From the NCBI GenBank assembly GCA_047974615.1, contig JBKECM010000109.1, forward strand, positions 1 to 44,221: a DNA stretch of 44,221 nucleotides, read 5' to 3'. The DNA comes from Lachnospirales bacterium. GTDB lineage: Bacteria; Bacillota; Clostridia; Lachnospirales; CAMZNU01. The notes beneath the pieces are model-generated. The model did not search any database and had not been told where the DNA came from. It was given only the letters and a program-made list of their open reading frames with translations. The first letter of the stretch is position 1; each line of letters starts with the position of its first letter. Position numbers and translations under genes: made by a program. This document shows positions 37,859 through 44,221 of this stretch, in pieces.

Positions 37859-38491
37859 ATGAAGAAGAAAAAAAATAATAATAATATAAAAATTATTGCA
37901 GGTGCAATACCTTTTGCTGCTGCTATTTCATTAGCTTCAGCAACAGATGTACAAGCTGCTGAAACAACTACAAGTACACCGTTAATTCAAGTTCAAAATG
38001 AAAATGGCGAAAACATTGAATATTTAGAAGAATTTATGGATAATGATGCATATCGTGCTTCAGCTAGAAATGCATTAAAGGATTCATTAGTAGCTGGTAG
38101 ACCTGTTTTAGTTGCTGAAGATGGCGAATGGATTAAAGTTAATGATATTTCTGAAGGAATGTCTATTTTATCTGCACGTATTACAGAAGTTTCAGGTGTA
38201 TCTGTAGATCCTAATGTAAATACAAATATTACTTCAAATACAACTCACAATAAAGTTGAACCACTTGAAGACGTAAATACATATTCTGTTAATTCATCAG
38301 GTGCTGTTATAGACGAAAAAGGTGTTGTTATGATAAAAAGTGATGGCACTGTTGTAGGTGGTAAATCTACAAATAGTAAAGGTAGCAGTAAAAGTGTGTC
38401 TGCTAACAAAGACGATGATGATTATGATGACTTAAGATATGATGATGACGATAATGATGACGTTGACGATGATGATTTATATAAAGGCTAA
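37859..38491 (+). CDS. hypothetical secreted protein with an Asp-rich C-terminal tail
   Basis: Basic N-region, hydrophobic stretch and VQA cleavage site; tail DDDDYDDLRYDDDDNDDVDDDD; GAGAGG SD. Confidence 0.75.
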   Translation: MKKKKNNNNIKIIAGAIPFAAAISLASATDVQAAETTTSTPLIQVQNENGENIEYLEEFMDNDAYRASARNALKDSLVAGRPVLVAEDGEWIKVNDISEGMSILSARITEVSGVSVDPNVNTNITSNTTHNKVEPLEDVNTYSVNSSGAVIDEKGVVMIKSDGTVVGGKSTNSKGSSKSVSANKDDDDYDDLRYDDDDNDDVDDDDLYKG

Positions 38492-38537
38492 AAAATAAAT
38501 CCAGAAATATATAGTTTATGGGTTGAAATATTGGTTA

Positions 38538-38577
38538 ATAAAAGCCATAAGAACCAATAAGTTCTTATGGCTTTTAT
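38538..38577 (+). terminator. intrinsic terminator after the SLH operon
   Basis: ATAAAAGCCATAAGAAC / GTTCTTATGGCTTTTAT 17-bp perfect stem. Confidence 0.85.
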
Positions 38578-38594
38578 AATAGGGAGTGTAAAGT

Positions 38595-39866
38595 TTGTTT
38601 CTAATAAGTTGTATTATTCCGATATATAATAGTCAAAGTTTTTTGAAAGAAACAATAGAAAGTGTAATTTGTCAAAGTATAGGATTTGAGAAAATACAAC
38701 TAATATTAATAAATGATGGTAGCTTTGATGAAAGTGAAGCTATTTGTATGTATTATAAAAATAAATATAGCAATGTGGAGTATCATTTTCAATTAAATTT
38801 GGGAGTGTCTGTTGCAAGAAATCAAGGTATATCTTTTGCAAAAAGTGACTTTATATCTTTTTTAGATTCAGATGATTTATTATGCAAAAATTATTATGAA
38901 GCTGGATTGAATTTTTTTTATAAAAACAATGTTGATTTAGTTGCTTATCCAATAAAGGAAATGAGAAAAAATGTTTTTTTAGAAAGCCCATTTCCACCAA
39001 GATTTAATACTATAAGAGTTATAAATGTAGAAAATGAATACAAACAAAATCAATTTAGTGCTTGTAGTGTATTAATTAGAACAAAAGCACTTAAAAATTT
39101 GAAATTTAATAAAAATATGCATTATTCAGAAGATGCTGAATTTATCCATAAAATAATTTTAAGAACACTTTCCTATGGTGTTACAAATGAATCTTTTTAT
39201 ATTTACAGAAAGAATAATAGTTCGGTAACAAAAAATAAATTGTATAATTTGAATTGGTACCAAAAGGATTTTCAAAATAGAATTATTCAATACTCAATAG
39301 AAAAATATGGCTATGTTACAAAATACACTCAAAATTTATGTTTGTATGAATTAACTAGCTTTTTTATAAAAGATACAAAAATACATATAGATACAATAAA
39401 TATAATTAATGGGTTAAAATTTACATTGAAATTTATAGATGACGATGTGATTGAAAACTCAGATTTGAAAATTTCGCATAAACTTTTTATATTTAGCTTA
39501 AAAGGTTATGATATTTTAGTAAAAACAGAAAATAATCTTAATTTTATGGTAGGCAAAGTTAATATACTACTACCACTTTCTGTTAACTTGTTTGCTATAA
39601 AAGAATTAAGCAATAATGTTTATATTTCAGGTTATTTTTCACATATATATGATGAAATTAGCTTTTTAGCAAAAATTAAGGGGAAAATTGTTAACTTACA
39701 AAAAGTTGAAACAGATAGGTTTGATACCTTTTTTTTAGGGGTATGTATAAATAAATCTTTTGTTTTTGAAAATGTATTTGAAAATTGTGAATTTAACGAA
39801 ATAAGTTTTTTTGCAATTTATGACAATATAATGTTTCCAATTTCAATAAATTTAGTTAATAATTAA
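38595..39866 (+). CDS. family 2 glycosyltransferase
   Basis: ISCIIPIYN, INDGS.D, GVSVARN, FLDSDD, SED; TTG start behind AGGGAG. Confidence 0.9.
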   Translation: MFLISCIIPIYNSQSFLKETIESVICQSIGFEKIQLILINDGSFDESEAICMYYKNKYSNVEYHFQLNLGVSVARNQGISFAKSDFISFLDSDDLLCKNYYEAGLNFFYKNNVDLVAYPIKEMRKNVFLESPFPPRFNTIRVINVENEYKQNQFSACSVLIRTKALKNLKFNKNMHYSEDAEFIHKIILRTLSYGVTNESFYIYRKNNSSVTKNKLYNLNWYQKDFQNRIIQYSIEKYGYVTKYTQNLCLYELTSFFIKDTKIHIDTINIINGLKFTLKFIDDDVIENSDLKISHKLFIFSLKGYDILVKTENNLNFMVGKVNILLPLSVNLFAIKELSNNVYISGYFSHIYDEISFLAKIKGKIVNLQKVETDRFDTFFLGVCINKSFVFENVFENCEFNEISFFAIYDNIMFPISINLVNN

Positions 39867-39878
39867 TGGGGGATTAGA

Positions 39879-42800
39879 ATGTACGAATTTACAATTATTA
39901 TTAAGGGAAATAAACAATCTATAGATGTTATTAATACTTTAAATAGCATTTGTAACTCATTTAAATCAAATGTAAACAAAAGATATTTTGTATATTTTGA
40001 GGTACAAAAATATCAGCTTTCAGATGAAGTTATTGAAAAAATACAAGTCATTCAAAATAATAATTTTCAGTTTTATTTTGGAAAGCATACTTTAAACATT
40101 TTAGAGAAAATATCAAATGATAACAATAATATAATTTTCTTTATGGAAGTTGGAGATACTTTTGAAGAAAAATACTTAGATTACCTATGCTATTTTTTTG
40201 ATGAAAATAAGGATAAGTGCCAAGTTGTACTTCCAGATTTTTTTAATTTCAAAGAAAATAATGATATTTTTTACTTTGAAAATATTTCAGATTTTTCTTT
40301 TTGCAACAGTGGTTTAGCGTTGCTATCAAGTGCAATTAATAATTTTGAAAATAAATATTGTGATGATGTTGTTATTGATATAGTACTTAATAGTTTTAAT
40401 AGCTATTATTGTGTTGGATTAATAAATAGTAATAAATATATAAAAATAACAGAAAATGAATTTAAGAAAATCAGCTTGTTTAAAATAGATAATACTATAG
40501 AATTTAAATTAAATCGTGAAATACTTGAAGATGTAGAAGTTCAAGAGCTTGAAAGTACTATTGAAGATAATATTTATGAAAACGTAGATGATAGCTTTTG
40601 TCATACAGTAAGCATAAGTTGTATTGTTTCAGCTTATGATGAAAATTTTGTAAATACACTTAATAGTATTGAATTACAATCTTTAGAGTTGGAAGAAAAT
40701 ATACAAGTTATAATCATTGGTAATGGTAAAAATAGTATTAAAAAATTAATTAAAAAATATTCTAAAAAATATTTATATTTTGAAGATGAAATGATTTTTG
40801 TTGCAAGAAATATTGCTATTAACAATGCTATGGGAAATTATTTAATGTTCTTTAACAGTGGTGATATTTTAGACAAAGACTATTTCAAAGAATCCATTGA
40901 ACTTTTAAACGAAAATGAAAATATTAATATTGCAATTAATGAATTTGGATATAAAAATAAAATTATAAATATTACAGAAAATTGTACAAATATTTTTAAT
41001 AGCTTATCTAATATAGTTTTTAGAAAAACTGTTTTAGATAATTTAAGATTTAATGAAAACAACTTATTTTTTTCGGAAAGTGAATTTTTACACAATGTAA
41101 TGATTGAAAATAATAAAATAATATTTTTTGAAAATTTTACAGCTTATAAAATTAATAATTATAATGGAAATTATAATTATTTTGAATTTGAGTCTTTTTG
41201 TGAAAGTATAATAACAAGTTCTTTAAATAAATTTGGTGTAGTTACAAAATATACTCAAAATATTATTATAAATATTTTGAAAAAAGAATTTACTAAAAAA
41301 AGTATGATATTAAAGGAATGTAATTTACATCTTATTTTACAAAATATTTATGATGACATAATTCAAAATTTAAGTAATGATTTGATTTTTTTAAAAATAT
41401 TTTTATTTAAAACTAAATATAATAATTTAGTTTGGAAAAATTCAAAAAGTTTATTTTATTTAATTTTTGAAGAAAAAAATTTATTGACATTTAAACCAAA
41501 ATTTAAAATTATAAATATTGAAAATAAAGGAAACACTATTGATTTTAAGGGTTATATAGATTTACCATATTACGATAATGTTAATTTTAATGTAAATTAT
41601 TGTGATATATGTTATGAAATAAATTTGACTGAAAAGTCAATAGAATATTTTTTGAATTCAAAAATACATTCTAAAATGGAATTTAGTTTTACAATTCCTT
41701 ATAAAGAAAATAGTTCTATTGATTTCTATTTAGATTTGAACAGTAATGTAAATTTAAATGTTGATATATGTGAATTCTTTGATATGCCATTTATAATTAC
41801 CCAAGATTATATTATTAAAAAAGGAAATAATAAAAATCAGTTACTTATCGAAGGTATTAATGAATTTAACTTAAATCAATATTCAAATGAATATATTGCA
41901 ACTTTAGATGATAAAGTACATAGTTCTGAAATAGCATTAATACAGAGATATTTAAGGTTATATCCTATTTTTTCTAAATATAAAATTTGGCTATTTATCA
42001 AAACAGAGGACTTCGAATATGATAATGTAGAAACATATTTTGATTATTGTTCAGAATATACTAAAGATAAAATTGATAAATATTTAGTTAAATACGAGGC
42101 GACTGATGAGGATATAGAGCGTGGCAGTGAATTACATCAATTAATGTATTTATTTGCTAAAAAAATAATTGTTTCGCAGATGAGTGAAAATTCTCTTAAC
42201 CCTTTTGGTAAGAATAAAAAGAAAGTTTTAGAACCATTTATTAGAAATAAAATAATTTGTTTACCTAACGAATTTAATATAAATGAAAGCACTATTGAAG
42301 ATGAGTATAAATCTAATTTAGGGCTTATTTCCGTATCATCAAAAAAAGAAGTAATTAAAAATTTACCTACTAAAATTATAGGTAGACCAAGATTTGACTT
42401 ATTAGAAAATGATAATCAAAAAATTATTTTGATTATGCCAAGTTATAAAAACAAAGATAAAAAATTTTATGATATTAATTTTAAAAATTCAAAATATTGT
42501 ATATATTTAAATGAATTATTATCTAACGAAAAATTGGAACAAGCTGCTACTTTATATGGATACGCTTTAGTGTTTTATCCACATCACAATACTTTAAATA
42601 ATTTAAGTGATTATAAAACTAATAGTTCAATGCTTTTACTACCGAAGGATACGCCTATAGATGCTGTTGTAGCACAATCAAGTTTACTTGTTACAGATTA
42701 TAATGATATATCTTTTGATTTTGCATATTTGAAAAAACCAGTTTTATATTATCATTTTGATGAAAAAAAGGTACAAACTTCTTTTGACTATAAGAAAAAT

Positions 42801-42977
42801 GGCTTTGGAGAAGTTTTAGCAGATTGTGATAAACTTGTTGAAACAATAATTCAATATATGAAAGATAATTGTACAATGAAATCAAAATATTTAAAAAAGA
42901 CTGACAGTTATTTTAAATTTTTTGACGGCGAAAATTGCGATCGTTTGTATAATTTAATGTTAGAAAATGACAGATAG
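39879..42977 (+). CDS. multidomain protein with two degenerate GT2-like domains and a TagF-like CDP-glycerol glycerophosphotransferase C-terminus
   Basis: ISCIVSAY...VARN...FFNSGD; GRPRFDLL, LIMPSY, LVTDY..FDFAYLKKPV. Confidence 0.8.
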   Translation: MYEFTIIIKGNKQSIDVINTLNSICNSFKSNVNKRYFVYFEVQKYQLSDEVIEKIQVIQNNNFQFYFGKHTLNILEKISNDNNNIIFFMEVGDTFEEKYLDYLCYFFDENKDKCQVVLPDFFNFKENNDIFYFENISDFSFCNSGLALLSSAINNFENKYCDDVVIDIVLNSFNSYYCVGLINSNKYIKITENEFKKISLFKIDNTIEFKLNREILEDVEVQELESTIEDNIYENVDDSFCHTVSISCIVSAYDENFVNTLNSIELQSLELEENIQVIIIGNGKNSIKKLIKKYSKKYLYFEDEMIFVARNIAINNAMGNYLMFFNSGDILDKDYFKESIELLNENENINIAINEFGYKNKIINITENCTNIFNSLSNIVFRKTVLDNLRFNENNLFFSESEFLHNVMIENNKIIFFENFTAYKINNYNGNYNYFEFESFCESIITSSLNKFGVVTKYTQNIIINILKKEFTKKSMILKECNLHLILQNIYDDIIQNLSNDLIFLKIFLFKTKYNNLVWKNSKSLFYLIFEEKNLLTFKPKFKIINIENKGNTIDFKGYIDLPYYDNVNFNVNYCDICYEINLTEKSIEYFLNSKIHSKMEFSFTIPYKENSSIDFYLDLNSNVNLNVDICEFFDMPFIITQDYIIKKGNNKNQLLIEGINEFNLNQYSNEYIATLDDKVHSSEIALIQRYLRLYPIFSKYKIWLFIKTEDFEYDNVETYFDYCSEYTKDKIDKYLVKYEATDEDIERGSELHQLMYLFAKKIIVSQMSENSLNPFGKNKKKVLEPFIRNKIICLPNEFNINESTIEDEYKSNLGLISVSSKKEVIKNLPTKIIGRPRFDLLENDNQKIILIMPSYKNKDKKFYDINFKNSKYCIYLNELLSNEKLEQAATLYGYALVFYPHHNTLNNLSDYKTNSSMLLLPKDTPIDAVVAQSSLLVTDYNDISFDFAYLKKPVLYYHFDEKKVQTSFDYKKNGFGEVLADCDKLVETIIQYMKDNCTMKSKYLKKTDSYFKFFDGENCDRLYNLMLENDR

Positions 42978-42993
42978 AAACTAGGGGGATTAT

Positions 42994-44221
42994 ATGCATA
43001 AATTTTATATAGTTTTTGAAATAAATAACAATTATGAAAAATTTAGACAAACAATAGACAGTTTATATTCTTCATTTAAATTTGATGGGAACTATCAAAT
43101 TATTATTGTTTCAAATTTATTTAAATATCAATTAAATGAAAAAACAATAAAGACGCTAGATTTACTAGATGATGAAGTGGAAATATTTTTAGGTGTGACT
43201 GAAAAAGAAAAAATTGATGTTATATCTAAGATTGAAGGGTTAGATAAAAATATTTTAACCTTTATTTGTGAAGGTGATATCTTAAGTGAAAAATATTTTG
43301 ATGAATTAAATAATTTCTTTAATGAAAACTTGAATATAAATATTGCTACTATAGATTACTGTAAATCAGAAATAGTAAATATTGATAAAAATTCAGAATT
43401 ACCTTTTAATCTTAATGGTTTAAGCTTACTGGTTGATTTTAACAAAATCTCTAAAGTAGATAATTTATATAAGTTTATATATTCGTTAATTTTACATAAC
43501 AAAGCCTATGGAAAATTGTTTATAGATGATTGTACTTTTGAAAGTAATGATAGTATTATATCACATTCATTACTTTTTGAATTAATATCTTGTGTAAAAA
43601 AATTTTCAAAAAAATTACCTACTTATGTTTTAGAACTTTCTAAAAAGTTTATTGAATATCAATTACATTTAAAGCCGAGTATAGAGAATGAAGAAGTATT
43701 AAAAAACATTATTATTGTTTTACAAAAAGATTTTTTACAAGAAGATTTTTTTAGTAAAGTTATATCATTGGGCTTATTAAATTTTGCGTTTAAAGAAAAA
43801 CATAGTTTTTTTGAAGTAAAAGTTACTGAAGTTTGCTTAGGTGATGATAGTATCACTGTGGTTAAGGGACAAATTTATGCAATTTCTTCAATGTATGAGT
43901 TTGAACCTAAAGTTTTACAAAATAAAATGATAGTTAGTCCTATTAATTTAGTTCAAAATAATGTAGAAAACATATTAGATAGTATAATAACTTCTTATAC
44001 TTTTGAAGTTGAAGTAAAACTAATTGATAGTAGTGTAGAAATTGAATTTTTTGCTAGTGATATTGATGTATGTACTGAAATTGAAAATAAACGCTTTGAA
44101 AACGGTTTTGAAGTCATAAAAAGTGAAAATAATAATAGTTTGAAAATTATTAAAAGAGAAAATGAAAAAAAGTTTCTTGTAAGTTGTATTATTCCTATTT
44201 ATAATGTTGAGAAGTATTTAA
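42994..44221 (+). CDS. 5' part of another multidomain GT2 protein, truncated by the window edge
   Basis: ATG 42994 behind GGGGGA; frame read open to the end; finishes FLVSCIIPIYNVEKYL (start of a GT2 domain). Not in the ORF track. Confidence 0.85.
   Translation, partial: MHKFYIVFEINNNYEKFRQTIDSLYSSFKFDGNYQIIIVSNLFKYQLNEKTIKTLDLLDDEVEIFLGVTEKEKIDVISKIEGLDKNILTFICEGDILSEKYFDELNNFFNENLNINIATIDYCKSEIVNIDKNSELPFNLNGLSLLVDFNKISKVDNLYKFIYSLILHNKAYGKLFIDDCTFESNDSIISHSLLFELISCVKKFSKKLPTYVLELSKKFIEYQLHLKPSIENEEVLKNIIIVLQKDFLQEDFFSKVISLGLLNFAFKEKHSFFEVKVTEVCLGDDSITVVKGQIYAISSMYEFEPKVLQNKMIVSPINLVQNNVENILDSIITSYTFEVEVKLIDSSVEIEFFASDIDVCTEIENKRFENGFEVIKSENNNSLKIIKRENEKKFLVSCIIPIYNVEKYL

Noticed and set aside
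711-43856. Numerous short antisense or alternate-frame ORFs inside long genes
   Set aside because: Shadows of well-supported genes, with no SD or motifs

Overview
Very AT-rich bacterial chromosomal segment. Gene content and strong AGGAGG ribosome sites point to a low-GC anaerobic Clostridia-type Firmicute (inference). It contains housekeeping genes (yloC-gmk-rpoZ-priA-def-fmt-YugP-like-tex; pyrH-frr), fucO-like dehydrogenase, a polar amino-acid ABC transporter divergent from argG-argH, LacI-galK-galE, a LysM/FMN-binding surface protein, PFOR, two tandem membrane GGDEF proteins, a radical SAM protein, a degenerate beta-lactamase-fold protein, rubrerythrin-desulfoferrodoxin, an SLH protein and the start of a GT2/TagF-like glycan cluster. 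The main discovery is in the divergent region 12769-13216. Two unannotated 21-codon leader ORFs each have their own promoter and a perfect SD, and each carries Leu-Arg with the rare CGG codon. Each CGG is followed within 0-2 nt by the 5' arm of a hairpin that masks the SD of the downstream gene (argG on +, the ABC binding protein on -). This looks like a twin rare-codon, arginine-sensing translational attenuator. The intergenic spaces also hold several families of non-coding inverted-repeat miniature elements, two copies with clear 9-bp target-site duplications.
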